Below are positions 1 through 10,124 of a stretch of DNA of 64,000 bases, piece by piece (position 1 is the first letter of the stretch; each line of letters opens with the position of its first letter). This stretch comes from an uncultured Methylomirabilota bacterium (GTDB taxonomy: Bacteria > Methylomirabilota > Methylomirabilia > Methylomirabilales > 2-02-FULL-66-22). The stretch lies in contig OY970067.1 in the NCBI GenBank assembly GCA_963705305.1, forward strand, positions 3,456,001 through 3,520,000, written 5' to 3'. The notes beneath the pieces are model-generated. The model saw only the letters and a program-made list of their open reading frames with translations, was not told the DNA's origin and ran no database searches. The translations under genes were made by a program, and so were the position numbers.

Positions 1-118
1 GCCCTTCGACAAGCTCAGGGCGGTGAGCACAGTCGAACCGCTCACGGTCCCGAGCGAAGTCGAGGGACATCTGGACCTTTTTGAGCAGCCTGGGGGAAAG
101 CGGGTTTTCAGCACCGTG
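1..118 (+). mobile_element. MITE family A copy 1 (left end truncated by window)
   Basis: Shares CATCTGGACCTTTTTGAGCAGCCTG inner repeat and REP-like CCTTCGACAAGCTCAGG/CCCGAGCGAAGTCGAGGG modules with copies at 5073, 27476 and 56990; ends GTTTTCAGCACCGTG followed by TTAG. Confidence 0.75.
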
Positions 119-133
119 TTAGAGGGAGGCGGC

Positions 134-1067
134 GTGCAGCAGTCGCGGATTCGATACATTTGGCGGCTGGCGGGATTGATCCTCTGGCTGTGTTTCGGAG
201 CGATGCCCGTCCGGGCCGCAACCGTTCCCGACATGCTGGGACGATCGGTGATTGTCCCCGCCGGCCCGCTGCGCGTCGTCTCGCTGGCGCCCAGCCTCAC
301 GGAGACGGTATTTGCCCTGGGGCGGGGAGACTGGCTGGTGGGGGTGACGGACTACTGCGATTATCCCCCGGCGGCGCGGCGCAAGCCGAAGATCGGAGGG
401 CTGGCCGCGCCGGATCTGGAGCGCATCCTCCAGGCCCGGCCCGATCTTGTCCTCACCACCGCCGAGGGGAACTCCCGCGAGACGCTCCTCCGGCTGGAGC
501 GGCTGGGCGTCCCCGTCTTTGCGGTCACCCCCGAGGGGTACACCGGCATTCTCCGCTCGATCGAGCGCCTGGGGGACGTCCTCGACGCCGAGTCGACGGC
601 CGCCGCCCTGCTGCGGGACATCCGGGGGAAGATCGACGCCGTCCGCCGTCGTGTGGATGGGCGGCCGCGGCCGCGGGCACTGTTTCTGCTGTGGACCGAT
701 CCCCTGATTGCCGCCGGGCCGGGGACATTCATTCACGATCTTCTGGAGATGGCGGGAGGTTCGGAACGTCCTGCCGGCGGGCGGCGTGCCCTACCCGCAC
801 CTTGGCTGGGAAGAGGTGGTCGCTCGTGCGCCGGACGTCATCCTGGTAGCGAATCATCGGGAGCGCTTCGGGGCGGCACCGGCCGCTCTAGAGTCCGTCG
901 ACGCCGGATGGCGGACCTGGCAGAGCATCCCCGCCGTCCGGGCCGGCCGGCTGGTGGCCGTGCCGGCCGACCCGCTTCTCCGGCCCGGCCCGCGGGTGGC
1001 GGAGGGAGTGGAGCGGCTGGCAGCGATTCTCCACCCCGACCTGTTCGAGCCGGAGCGGACGCCATGA
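134..1067 (+). CDS. btuF: Cobalamin-binding periplasmic protein (frameshifted as assembled, extra T at ~761)
   Basis: GGGAGG RBS then GTG at 134; signal peptide; RVVSLAPSLTETVFALG..VGVTDYCDYP motif. C-terminal half (RNVL..WEEVVARAPDVI..LLRPGPR) continues in another frame to TGA 1067; removing one T restores AGGRNV. Confidence 0.85.
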
Positions 1068-2104
1068 GCCGCGGCCGGACGGTGGCGCTTCCGCCGAGGC
1101 GGGTCGGCGCCTTCGTGGCCCTCGCGGCCCTCCTGGTGGTCGGGTTGCTGCTGTCCCTGATGGTCGGCAGCGTGCCGGTGCCGCCGAGCCAGACCCTCCG
1201 CATTTTGGCGGGCGGGAGGACCGGACCGGATGATGTCGCCGCCGCGGTCGTCCTCCGCATCCGCCTGCCGCGCGCACTCCTGGCCGGCCTGGTGGGCGCC
1301 TGCCTCTCCCTGGCCGGCCTGGGCTTTCAGGCCATCACGCGGAACCCGCTGGCCGACCCGACGGTCCTGGGCGTCTCCAGCGGGGCAGCCTTCGGGGTGA
1401 CCACGGCGATGCTCCTCGGGATCCTGGGGCCGCTGGGATCCCCGGCGCTCGGCCCGCTGTGCGCCTTTGCGGGGGCGCTGGCGGCAGCCGTCAGCGTCTA
1501 CGCCATTGCCCGCGTGGAGGGCCGGCTCCCCGTGGCCACCCTGCTGCTTTCGGGGGTGATCGTGGGCCTCTTCTTCAGCGCCTGCGTGATGCTGATGACG
1601 GCGCTCCTGGCCTCCTCGGAGCTGCAGGGGGTGGTGTTCTGGCTGATGGGGAACCTGGGGCCGACGGACGGGGCGACGCTGGCCGTCCTGGCAGGGAGTC
1701 TGGCCGTGGGCCTGGCGGTCCTGGCCGGCCAGGCCGGCCGGATGAACCTGCTGGCCCTGGGCGAGGAACAGGCACTGCAACTGGGGGTGGAGGGGGAGCG
1801 GATCAAGCGGCTGGTGTTCGTGGCGGCCTCCCTGGTTACGGGAGCCGCCGTATCCACGGCCGGCTCCATCGGGTTCGTCGGGCTCATCGTTCCGCACGCC
1901 GCCCGCATGCTTCTGGGGCCGGATAACCGCCGGCTCATTCCGGCGACCGTCCTCTTGGGGGCCGCCTTCCTGATCCTGGCGGATCTTTTGGCACGGACCA
2001 TCGCCTCGCCCACGGAGCTGCCGGTGGGAGTAGTGACCGCATTCTGCGGAGCGCCCCTCTTCGTCTATCTGCTGCGGCGAAGGCGGGGAGGGGGATCGCT
2101 GTGA
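1064..2104 (+). CDS. btuC: FecCD/BtuC-family ABC permease
   Basis: ATG overlaps btuF stop (ATGA); IRLPR..NPLADP..LGVSSGA, GSIGFVGLIVPH and ELPVGVVTA motifs. Confidence 0.9.
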   Translation: MSRGRTVALPPRRVGAFVALAALLVVGLLLSLMVGSVPVPPSQTLRILAGGRTGPDDVAAAVVLRIRLPRALLAGLVGACLSLAGLGFQAITRNPLADPTVLGVSSGAAFGVTTAMLLGILGPLGSPALGPLCAFAGALAAAVSVYAIARVEGRLPVATLLLSGVIVGLFFSACVMLMTALLASSELQGVVFWLMGNLGPTDGATLAVLAGSLAVGLAVLAGQAGRMNLLALGEEQALQLGVEGERIKRLVFVAASLVTGAAVSTAGSIGFVGLIVPHAARMLLGPDNRRLIPATVLLGAAFLILADLLARTIASPTELPVGVVTAFCGAPLFVYLLRRRRGGGSL

Positions 2105-2916
2105 TTGCGGTGGAGTGCTGGGAGGTGACCTATCGGTACCGCAGCGGCCGCGGTGTGGCGGGCGTGACGCTCCAGGTGTCGGCGGGCGAGCTGGTGGGCG
2201 TCGTGGGGCCGAACAGCGCGGGCAAGAGCACCCTGCTGCGCCTCCTGAGCAAGGTCCTGGCCCCGCAGCGCGGCCGAATCCTCATCCAGGGCCGGGATAT
2301 TTCATCCCTCAGCCGCCTGGAGGTGGCCCGGCTCGTCGCTGTCGTCCCGCAGGAGCTTCAGGTGGCCTTTCCGTTCACGGCGGCGGAGGTTGTTTTGATG
2401 GGCCGCTTCCCGCACACCGGGGGGCGCCGCAGCGCGACGGACCGGGCGGCGGTCTGGACGGCCATGCAGGCGACCGGGATCACCGACCTGGCGGGCCGGC
2501 GCATGGACGAGCTGTCGGGCGGAGAGCGGCAGCTGGTGTCCGTTGCGCGGGCGCTGGCCCAAGAGCCGGAGGTCTTCCTGCTGGACGAGCCCACAGCCCA
2601 CCTGGATCTCCAGCACCAGCGGCGCGTCCTGGAGATCCTGCTGGAGGAGCGGCGCGTCTCGCGACGCGCCACGATTCTGGTGTCCCACGACCTGGCTCTG
2701 GCGGCCGAGCACTGCGACCGCCTGATTCTCCTGGCGGACGGCTCTATCCTGGCCGCCGGCCTCCCCGAGGAGGTGATCACCACCCGAGCATTGGAATCGG
2801 CATTCGGCTGTCCCGTGGATGTCGAGCGGCATCCCCTCAGCGGGCGCCTGCATGTCCGGGGGCGCCTGTTCTCCCGGGACAGCCTCGTCGATCACGGCAC
2901 CACCCCCCGAATGTAA
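2101..2916 (+). CDS. btuD: ABC ATP-binding subunit, cobalamin/Fe-siderophore type
   Basis: Walker A GPNSAGKST, LSGGERQ signature, LLDEPTAHLD, SHDL. Confidence 0.9.
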   Translation: MIAVECWEVTYRYRSGRGVAGVTLQVSAGELVGVVGPNSAGKSTLLRLLSKVLAPQRGRILIQGRDISSLSRLEVARLVAVVPQELQVAFPFTAAEVVLMGRFPHTGGRRSATDRAAVWTAMQATGITDLAGRRMDELSGGERQLVSVARALAQEPEVFLLDEPTAHLDLQHQRRVLEILLEERRVSRRATILVSHDLALAAEHCDRLILLADGSILAAGLPEEVITTRALESAFGCPVDVERHPLSGRLHVRGRLFSRDSLVDHGTTPRM

Positions 2917-3090
2917 GGGAAGCTGGTTGGTCCGGGGGAAGGCGCGCAGCCGCCCACCCGGAGAATCCAGCACGGTCCCGCCACTGTGCGTGGGGAGCGA
3001 CCCCGCAGGATGCCACTGTCCCAAGCCGGTCGAGGGATGGGAAGGCGCGGGTGAGCGAGGATCCACAAGTCAGGAGACCTATTCGGGGGG
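2903..3090 (+). promoter_or_regulatory. Cobalamin (AdoCbl) riboswitch
   Basis: AAGGGAA-GCTGG..AATCCAGC-ACGGTCCCGCCACTGT, GCCACTG..GGGAAGG and AGTCAGGAGACCT motifs; P1 CCCCCCGAAT (2903-2912) pairs with ATTCGGGGGG (3081-3090); directly upstream of btuB. Confidence 0.9.
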
Positions 3091-3124
3091 CTGGCCCACG
3101 ACTTCGCGGAGAGGAGAGTGGCGC

Positions 3125-5062
3125 ATGTCTCCAACTAGCGTACGGTTTCTGCCCGCAATCATGGCCGGCATGCTGCTCTGGGCGTCGGCGCTCTGTCCCG
3201 GGCGGGGGGAGGCCCAGACCCCGTCGGATCAGGGGCCGGAACTGCCCCTGGAGGAGGTCGAGGTCACGGCCGCCCGCGTCCCCGAGACCCTCGCCCGGAC
3301 CGCGGCGGACGTGACGGTGATCACCCGGGCCCAGCTGGAGCAGCAGCAGATCACCACCGTGGCGGACGCGCTCCGCATGGTGCCGGCCCTGAATGTGGTC
3401 GAGTCGGGAACTCCCGGATCCGTGACCAGCGTGTTCGCCCGGGGGGGAAATTCCGACCACACGCTGGTCCTGATCGACGGCGTCCGGGTGAACAGTCCGA
3501 CCACCGGCATGTTCGATTTCGCCAACCTGACCACGGCCGGGGTGGAGCGGATCGAGGTGGTCCGCGGGCCGTCCAGCGCCCTGTATGGATCGGAGGGGCT
3601 CACGGCCGTCATCAACATCATCACCAGGAAGGGGGAGGGCACGCCTCAGGGCGGCATCGAGACGGAGGCAGGGTCCTACCAGACATTCCGAGAGCGGGGA
3701 TGGAGCGCCGGCGCGGCGGGTCCGCTGCGGTATTCCGTGGACGTCGCGCGGGATGACAGCAGCGGGAAATTCGCCCACGACGAGTACAACAATACCGCCG
3801 CGGCCGCCCGCCTGGACGCAGAGGTGCTGCCGACCCTCAGCCTGGATCTGTCCGCCCGCTACACCGATGCCTTCAAGAACCTGCCGGGGGTTACGGGCCG
3901 AACGGATTTCTTGACCGGGCAGCCCGATGCCACGCAGAGCAACCGGGAAGGCCTGACGACGGTGAGCCTGGGGGCAACGCACACCCCGACGGACTGGTGG
4001 AGCCATCGCCTTCAACTGTCGTACGTGGAGGACGACGTGGACTTCCGCGATCCGCAGGAAGACCAGGAGCTGGCCCAAGGACTGCTGACCTCGTCGGCAA
4101 CCGGCAAGACACATACGACCCGCCTGGCGGCGGACTGGCAGCATAACCTCCGGCCGGTCTCGTGGGATGCGTTGACCCTGGGCATGCAGGTGGAGCAGGC
4201 GAAAGGGGACCAGACAGATGTGTCCGGGGCCACGGTGCTGAACAAGACGTTCACCAACTACGCCTTCTACGGGCAGAACCAGGTGACGGTGTGGGACCGC
4301 CTGATCCTCACCGCCGGGCTGCGGGAGGACGACTACAGCACCTTCGGCAGCCATCTCAGCCCGAAGTACTCGGTCGCATACCTCCTGCCGGAGACCAACT
4401 CCAAGCTCCGCGCGAGCTACGGGGAGGGGTTTCACGCGCCGACCATCAACGATCTGGCCTACCCGGGCTTCAGCAATCCCAACCTGAAGCCCGAGCAGAA
4501 TCGCAGCCTGGAATTCGGCGTGGATCAGAGCCTGTGGACGGAGCGCATCCTGGCAAGCCTCACCTGGTTCCAGAGCCGCTTCCGAGACCTGATTCAATAT
4601 GATTACGCGACCAGCAAACCCGAAAACATCGCCCATGCCCGGACCCAGGGGGTCGAGGCCGCGCTGACGATCCGCCCCGGCTACGGGCTGAATGTCGTCG
4701 CCGGGTACACCTACCTGGAATCGCTGGATGACAACGGCCAGCCCCTGCTGCGGCGGCCGGAGAACAGCTGGAACTTCACGGTGAATTACGCGCCGCTGAA
4801 GCGGGTGAATCTGTATTCCACCCTTCTGTACGTGGGGAAGCGGGCCGACACGGATCCCGTCACGTACGCGGATGCCGAAAACTACAAGTACGTGACCTGG
4901 GGGGCGGGGGCCTCGGTCACGATCCTCGAGCGGGCGGGTTTCCTCCGGAACCTCCGCGCCCACGGCAAGCTGGACAATATCCTGGGGGTTCATTACCAGG
5001 AAGCCCTGGGATTTCCGGCCCTGGGACGCCGGTATACGCTCGGACTCTCGGGGGAGTTCTAG
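3125..5062 (+). CDS. btuB: TonB-dependent receptor, BtuB-like vitamin B12 transporter
   Basis: GAGGAG RBS; signal peptide; TonB-box-like EEVEVTA; plug motifs RGGNSDHTLVLIDG and ERIEVVRGPSSALYG; NPNLKPE; C-terminal Phe; downstream of a B12 riboswitch. Confidence 0.9.
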   Translation: MSPTSVRFLPAIMAGMLLWASALCPGRGEAQTPSDQGPELPLEEVEVTAARVPETLARTAADVTVITRAQLEQQQITTVADALRMVPALNVVESGTPGSVTSVFARGGNSDHTLVLIDGVRVNSPTTGMFDFANLTTAGVERIEVVRGPSSALYGSEGLTAVINIITRKGEGTPQGGIETEAGSYQTFRERGWSAGAAGPLRYSVDVARDDSSGKFAHDEYNNTAAAARLDAEVLPTLSLDLSARYTDAFKNLPGVTGRTDFLTGQPDATQSNREGLTTVSLGATHTPTDWWSHRLQLSYVEDDVDFRDPQEDQELAQGLLTSSATGKTHTTRLAADWQHNLRPVSWDALTLGMQVEQAKGDQTDVSGATVLNKTFTNYAFYGQNQVTVWDRLILTAGLREDDYSTFGSHLSPKYSVAYLLPETNSKLRASYGEGFHAPTINDLAYPGFSNPNLKPEQNRSLEFGVDQSLWTERILASLTWFQSRFRDLIQYDYATSKPENIAHARTQGVEAALTIRPGYGLNVVAGYTYLESLDDNGQPLLRRPENSWNFTVNYAPLKRVNLYSTLLYVGKRADTDPVTYADAENYKYVTWGAGASVTILERAGFLRNLRAHGKLDNILGVHYQEALGFPALGRRYTLGLSGEF

Positions 5063-5072
5063 ACGTGGCTAG

Positions 5073-5263
5073 CAGGCTGCTGAAAAAGGCCCATCTGCAG
5101 CGTTGGCGTGCTCCCGCGACGCTGCGGCGTACCCGTCAGTACGCCTCGCGTCTCGGATCGCGCGCCGCCTTGCCGTTCGACGGGCTCACGGTCCCGAGCG
5201 AAGTCGAGGGACATCTGGACCTTTTTGAGCAGCCTGGACAAAGGCGAATTCTTCAGCGTCTTG
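5073..5263 (+). mobile_element. MITE family A copy 2
   Basis: CTAG then CAGGCTGCTGAAAAAGG ... CCTTTTTGAGCAGCCTG ... TTCTTCAGCGTCTTG; internal GGCGTAC-N6-GTACGCC hairpin; homologous to the other copies. Confidence 0.85.
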
Positions 5264-5265
5264 CT

Positions 5266-6287
5266 ATGCGCCGGCGGAGCGAGGGGGGAGGGCTCGGGTG
5301 GTGGGCCGTCGTGTCGCTGGGCCTCCACGGCGCCCTTCTGACCGGCGTTCTCTCGCTGACTGCTCCGGCGCCCATCACCCACCCGGCGAGCCTGCGGGTG
5401 CGTCTGCTGCAAGAGGCGCCCGAGCCCCCGAGGCTGGCGCCTGCCCCAAAGGCCGCCGTGCCCGCGCCCCTGCCGCCTGTGGCCGGGAAGCCGGTCCTGC
5501 GGAGAGCGCCGGTGCCCGGCCCGACCAGGGCATCGGCAGCGGCCCGCCCGCCGGTTCTGGCTGCTCCACCGAACGACCCGCCCGAGGCGCCCCGGCCGGA
5601 GACCGCTGCATCGTCCAACCAGGGGGAGATGCCGGGCAGTGCGCCGGGGCCGCCGGCTCAAAAACACCTCGTGGGTGCCGAGGCATCGCCCGCGCGGGGG
5701 AGCCCGGGACGCGGGGCGGGCGGTCGCGTTGAATCGCCAGGGGGATCCGGGGAGCCCGCCGCCGGACCCGTCCCGCCCGAGGTGCCTTTGCCGGCTCGCG
5801 CGGAGATCGGTGCGTCAATCGTTCGCCTCGTCCCGCCGGGTAGCGGCGGGATGGGCGGGGTCGGATTCGGGGCGGCCGGCCACGGATCAGGGGACGGCGG
5901 CAGGGGTGGAATGGCCGGGGCGCTCGCGGCGGCGGGTCCCGGAGGCCGGGGGACCGGAAGCGGCGCCGGCGGTCTGCTGGCGTCCGGCGGCGGGGGGGAG
6001 GGCCAGGCGGCGGGGCCAGCCTGTCCGATCTCCTCCGCACGATCCGCCGCCGGATCGAGCAGGCCAAGAGTTACCCACAGGGTGCCCGCGAGCGGGGATT
6101 GGAGGGGACGACGGAGCTGCGCTTCCGCATCGCCCCGGACGGCCGCGTGGCGGCCGTGGAGATCGTGCGCTCTTCCGGCTCGCCGCTCCTGGACGAGACC
6201 GCCAAAGCCACCATCCTGCGGGCGGCTCCCTTCCCCGTGGTGGCGGGCTGGATCCGCATCCCGCTGGCCTTCCGTCTCACGGAATAA
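5266..6287 (+). CDS. tonB: Energy transducer TonB (frameshift at G7 tract 5992-5998)
   Basis: N-terminal anchor VSLGLHGALL; Pro/Gly-rich linker; TonB_C (IRRRIEQAKSYP..GLEGTTELRFRIAPDG..SSGSPLLD) lies in a shifted frame; one added G joins the frames. Confidence 0.8.
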
Positions 6288-6490
6288 CCGCCCCCTCTCT
6301 GAGGAGACGCGCTTACGCAAGGTGACTCTTGCTTGACCGCTCGCCCCATCTTCGCCGCCGCTCCCAGCCACCTCCATATACCGTTTTCGTATCTCGGTGG
6401 TGATCCCCGCTCGCGCCGGACCGGTCGGCGTATGCCGCGGTCGCGGTCGGAAATGGGGCGATGGGAACCCGGGATGGGCCGGGAAAGCGC

Positions 6491-6526
6491 TTGTTCTGCC
6501 CCGGAAGCTTCCCTATAATTGGGAAG
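6491..6526 (+). promoter_or_regulatory. Sigma70-type promoter for second tonB, with a palindrome around the -10 box
   Basis: TTGTTC-17 bp-TATAAT; CTTCCC-TATAATT-GGGAAG inverted repeat at 6508-6526. Confidence 0.6.
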
Positions 6527-6575
6527 ATTTGTCGCTCGTTCGGGCGGCCGCTCTTGCTCTTGAGGCTGTTTGACG

Positions 6576-7636
6576 ATGACCCAATCGACGTTCGGAAAAA
6601 CGTTCCTCATTTCACTGGTGCTGCACGCCGGCCTCCTGGGGGCCGTGTTGTGGCTGGCCTCGCGGGCCCCGGTTCTCCCCCAGGCACCCCTCCGCATCCG
6701 AATCATCGAGCCACCGCCGGTCGCCCCGGGGCAGGAGACGCGAGGCGCTCCGGCGGAGAAGCCCGCCCCGCTCGAGATCCCGGGGAAGGGGACCCAGGCC
6801 GGCCGGCAGCCGCTCCCGACAGAGCGGGTGGCGCCGCCGCGGCGCGCGGCACGGGTTCCGGAGGTCCAGGGGTCCCGCCAAGCCAAGCCGAGCCCGATCG
6901 AGGGGCCGGGGAAAAACGCGGGCGCCCCCAAAGGCTCCGTTCCCGCCGAGGTGATGCGGCCGGCGACTCCTCCGTCGGCGGGCCAGCCCGTTCCGTCCCA
7001 GCAGTTGGCGATGCGCTCGACGGCCCCCCCGGCCGCTCCGGCAGCGCCGAAGGTCACGGCGCCGGCTCCGCCGCCGCTCACGGCTCCCCCCCGGACCGGC
7101 CGCGGGAGACGCCGCAGGCGCCGACATCGACAACCCCGCCCGATCAGAGCGGTCTCCGGCTGGGAGGGCCCACGGCAACCCGGGTCCAGCCGTCGCCGGC
7201 TCCGGCATCGCCCCCGGGCGCGGCCGGCAGGCGGCCCTCGCTCCGCGAGCAAATCGACCAGCTCGGCTCGGGGCTCACGGCGGACGCAGGCGGCCCGGCC
7301 AAGCAGACCATGGACCTGGACAGCCGGGATCCGCTGTATGTCTCCTATCTGGCCCAGGTAAAGCGACGCATCGAGCGGGTCTGGACCTACCCCCCGGAGG
7401 CCCAGGCCGAGGGGATCGGGGGCGAGCTGTTCCTGACCTTCACGCTGAACAAATCCGGCACGCTGACCAACGTGCGGCTGCTGCAGAGCTCCGGTTTTCC
7501 CATCCTGGACGAGGAGGCGATCCAGGCCATCAAGGAGGCTGCTCCCTACGATCCGTTCCCCCCCCAGCTGGGGGGCGAGCCGTGGAATATCCGCGCCTCG
7601 TTCAGTTACTTTCCGTATTATCGCTACCGTAGGTAA
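6576..7636 (+). CDS. tonB: Second TonB-family protein (frameshift at C7 tract 7086-7092)
   Basis: ISLVLHAGLL anchor; Pro-rich linker; TonB_C YLAQVKRRIERVWTYP..SSGFPILDEEA in another frame; one added C joins the frames. Confidence 0.8.
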
Positions 7637-10086
7637 TGACGCCACCCGTGGACATCCCCCTGGCGGCACGCCTTGATTTCCTGGCCTCGGCCCTCTGGCG
7701 GCGGATCGCGGGGCGTCCGCCCTCGAGACGCCCGGCAGGCGGCCGGCTGCAGCTCGCGGGCTTGGACGGTGAGGTGTGGATCTGCCGGGATGCCGCCGGC
7801 TCGGCCGAGATCTACGCCGACACGCTGCGGGACCTCGGACGGGGGCTCGGTGTGGCCATGGCCCAGGACCGCCTGGGACAGATGGAGATGCTTCGCCGCC
7901 TGGCGGGGGGGCGTTTGGCCGAGCTCTTGGGAGATCGGCCGATCGCCCGCTCCCGCCCGAACTTCCCCGGGCCCACGCTTCTGGCGGTGGATCGGCTGTA
8001 TCGCAGCCTCCGCATGTACCCCGTGGGGCAGCAGGAGGTCGACCGGCTCTCGCCCGACGCGGCAGATCTCCTGGCCGGCTTCAGCCAGGGGGTCACCGCC
8101 TGGGCGACCGAGTGCCCGCCCGCACACCTTCCACCCGAATGCCTTCTCACCGGGACACGCCCCGCGCCCTGGATGCCCGCCGACTCGCTGGCCGTGGGAC
8201 GCCTCATCGGGTGGATGCTGGGACTCGCCTTCCTGGCCAAGCCCGTCCTCAGCCTCCTGGCGGCCGATCCTGTGCTGCGCCCCATGCTGCCGCCGGATCA
8301 GGCCAATGCAACCTGCATCGCGGCAGATGGGCCGCCGGCGGAGGCCGCCTGCCTCGACCTGCTGGCACGGCAGGCGCTTGGCCTCGCGGGACCGGGGGCG
8401 GGGAGCAACAGCTGGGCGCTGGCCGGCCGGCGAACGGCCTCCGGCCTCCCCCTGCTGTGCAACGATCCACACCTGGTCTTCGGCCTGCCTCCCCTCTGGT
8501 ACCCGGTGGCCTTGCACGGTCCCGAGCACGAGGTGATCGGCGCCACCATCGCCGGATTACCGGCTGTCCTGATCGGGCACAATGGGAAACTGGCCTGGGG
8601 ATTGACCGCCACGATGGCGGATGACGGGGATTACTACCGGGAGACGCTGGATGGGCCGGGGGAGCGGTACCTGCGTGGATCGACCTGGCACCCTGTCGAG
8701 GTGGTGGAGGAGCGCTTCCGCGTCCGCGGGTCGCAGGACTCGATTCGGGAGCGCGTGCCGTACGTTCGCCATGAGGGAGTCCTGTGCCCGCTGGTCCCGG
8801 CCGCCGCCAGCCGCTCGCCGATTTCCTTCCGCTGGGTCGGGCTGGAGCCGTGGCGCGGACTGGACGCCCTCATCGGGATGAACCGGGCCCGCAGCCTGGA
8901 GGAGTTCGAGGGGGCTGTGGCCGAGTTTGCACTCCCGGCCCAGAACGTGGTGGTGGCGGATCGCCGGGGGAACATCGCCTACTTTTGCGCCGGGAGGTTT
9001 CCGCGGCGGCCCGGGCTGGCCGGCTGGCCGACGATCCTGGACGGGGCCCTGCCGCAGCACGCCTGGGGAGGCTATCTGTCCTGGTCGGAACATCCCAAGA
9101 GCGTCAATCCGCCGGCCGGCTACCTGGTGACGGCCAACAACCGGCCCGCGACTAGCCTTCCGCCGACGATCGCGGCCGGGTTCTGGGAGCCCCCCTATCG
9201 CGCCACCCGCATCGCGTCGCTCCTCACCCGGTGCGTCGACGCCCGCGTGGAGGATATGGCCCGCATCCAGGAAGACGTGGTGTCGCTCCAGGCGGCCGGC
9301 ATCCTGGAGGGCGTTCTCCGACCGGTGGCGGACGCCCTTCGGGATCCACGCAGCCGGCAGGCGGCCTCCGCGCTGCTCGCCTGGGATTGCCGGCTGGGAG
9401 AGGAGAGCGCGCCGGCCGCGTTGTACGGGTTGTTCTATCAGGCGCTCCTCCAGCGGTGCATGCGCCCGCCGCTGGAGGCGCGGGCCCCGGGTCTGTTTTC
9501 GCAGTATCTCTCCATCCTCCACCTGGCTGTTCCCGCCGTCGATACGCTCCTGCTCACGGGCGCGAGCCCGCGCGATCCTGCGGGGCACGCGGCGACCGTC
9601 GAGGACTGCCTCCTGACGGCCTGGGAGCAGGCCCACGACCGGATGGGATCGGAGCCGGAACGTTGGCGGTGGGGGGCGCTGCACACCCTGACCCTCTCCC
9701 ATGGGTTCGGGCGGACGGGGCACCGGATCCTGCGCGGACTCGCCTGGCTGCTCCGGCTCAATCGGGGCCCGTACCCTCGACCGGGAGACGGGATGACCGT
9801 CAACCTGGGAGCCTTTGCCCTGACCGAGCCGTTCGACGTCCAGGTCGGCCCGGCCTACCGGCAGCTCGTGGACCTCGGGACGCCCGAGGCGTCCCGCTGG
9901 ATCATCGCCGGCGGGGTGTCGGGCGATCCGCGTTCGATGCACTATGCGGATCAGATCGAGACCTGGCGGCGGGGCGCCACCCGCCCGATGCGCCTCCGGC
10001 CGCGCGCCGAGGCCGCCGGGGACGTGTTCCTGCGACTGGTCCCGGCCGGCCGGGGCGATTGCGTCCCGCCAGCTTGCGTGTTATAA
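7636..10086 (+). CDS. Penicillin acylase family Ntn-hydrolase (peptidase S45)
   Basis: AQDRLGQME in the alpha chain; GSNSWALAG..SG.PLLCNDPHL with the beta-chain N-terminal Ser; TANN; GGVSGDPRSMHYADQ. Confidence 0.9.
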   Translation: MTPPVDIPLAARLDFLASALWRRIAGRPPSRRPAGGRLQLAGLDGEVWICRDAAGSAEIYADTLRDLGRGLGVAMAQDRLGQMEMLRRLAGGRLAELLGDRPIARSRPNFPGPTLLAVDRLYRSLRMYPVGQQEVDRLSPDAADLLAGFSQGVTAWATECPPAHLPPECLLTGTRPAPWMPADSLAVGRLIGWMLGLAFLAKPVLSLLAADPVLRPMLPPDQANATCIAADGPPAEAACLDLLARQALGLAGPGAGSNSWALAGRRTASGLPLLCNDPHLVFGLPPLWYPVALHGPEHEVIGATIAGLPAVLIGHNGKLAWGLTATMADDGDYYRETLDGPGERYLRGSTWHPVEVVEERFRVRGSQDSIRERVPYVRHEGVLCPLVPAAASRSPISFRWVGLEPWRGLDALIGMNRARSLEEFEGAVAEFALPAQNVVVADRRGNIAYFCAGRFPRRPGLAGWPTILDGALPQHAWGGYLSWSEHPKSVNPPAGYLVTANNRPATSLPPTIAAGFWEPPYRATRIASLLTRCVDARVEDMARIQEDVVSLQAAGILEGVLRPVADALRDPRSRQAASALLAWDCRLGEESAPAALYGLFYQALLQRCMRPPLEARAPGLFSQYLSILHLAVPAVDTLLLTGASPRDPAGHAATVEDCLLTAWEQAHDRMGSEPERWRWGALHTLTLSHGFGRTGHRILRGLAWLLRLNRGPYPRPGDGMTVNLGAFALTEPFDVQVGPAYRQLVDLGTPEASRWIIAGGVSGDPRSMHYADQIETWRRGATRPMRLRPRAEAAGDVFLRLVPAGRGDCVPPACVL

Positions 10087-10124
10087 CCGGATCAGCTGGC
10101 TTCGAGCGCACCGGGGAGCCGCTG

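Noticed and set aside
23..2104. 693-aa apparent BtuF-BtuC fusion
   Set aside because: The N-terminus is read through a MITE and the middle is off-frame sequence caused by the +1 T at ~761; the true BtuF C-terminus and a coupled btuC ATG are visible
2837..4993. Long antisense/overlapping ORFs (also 27550-29355, 47567-49858, 53429-55378 and others)
   Set aside because: Shadow frames of well-supported genes in high-GC DNA, with no recognisable motifs
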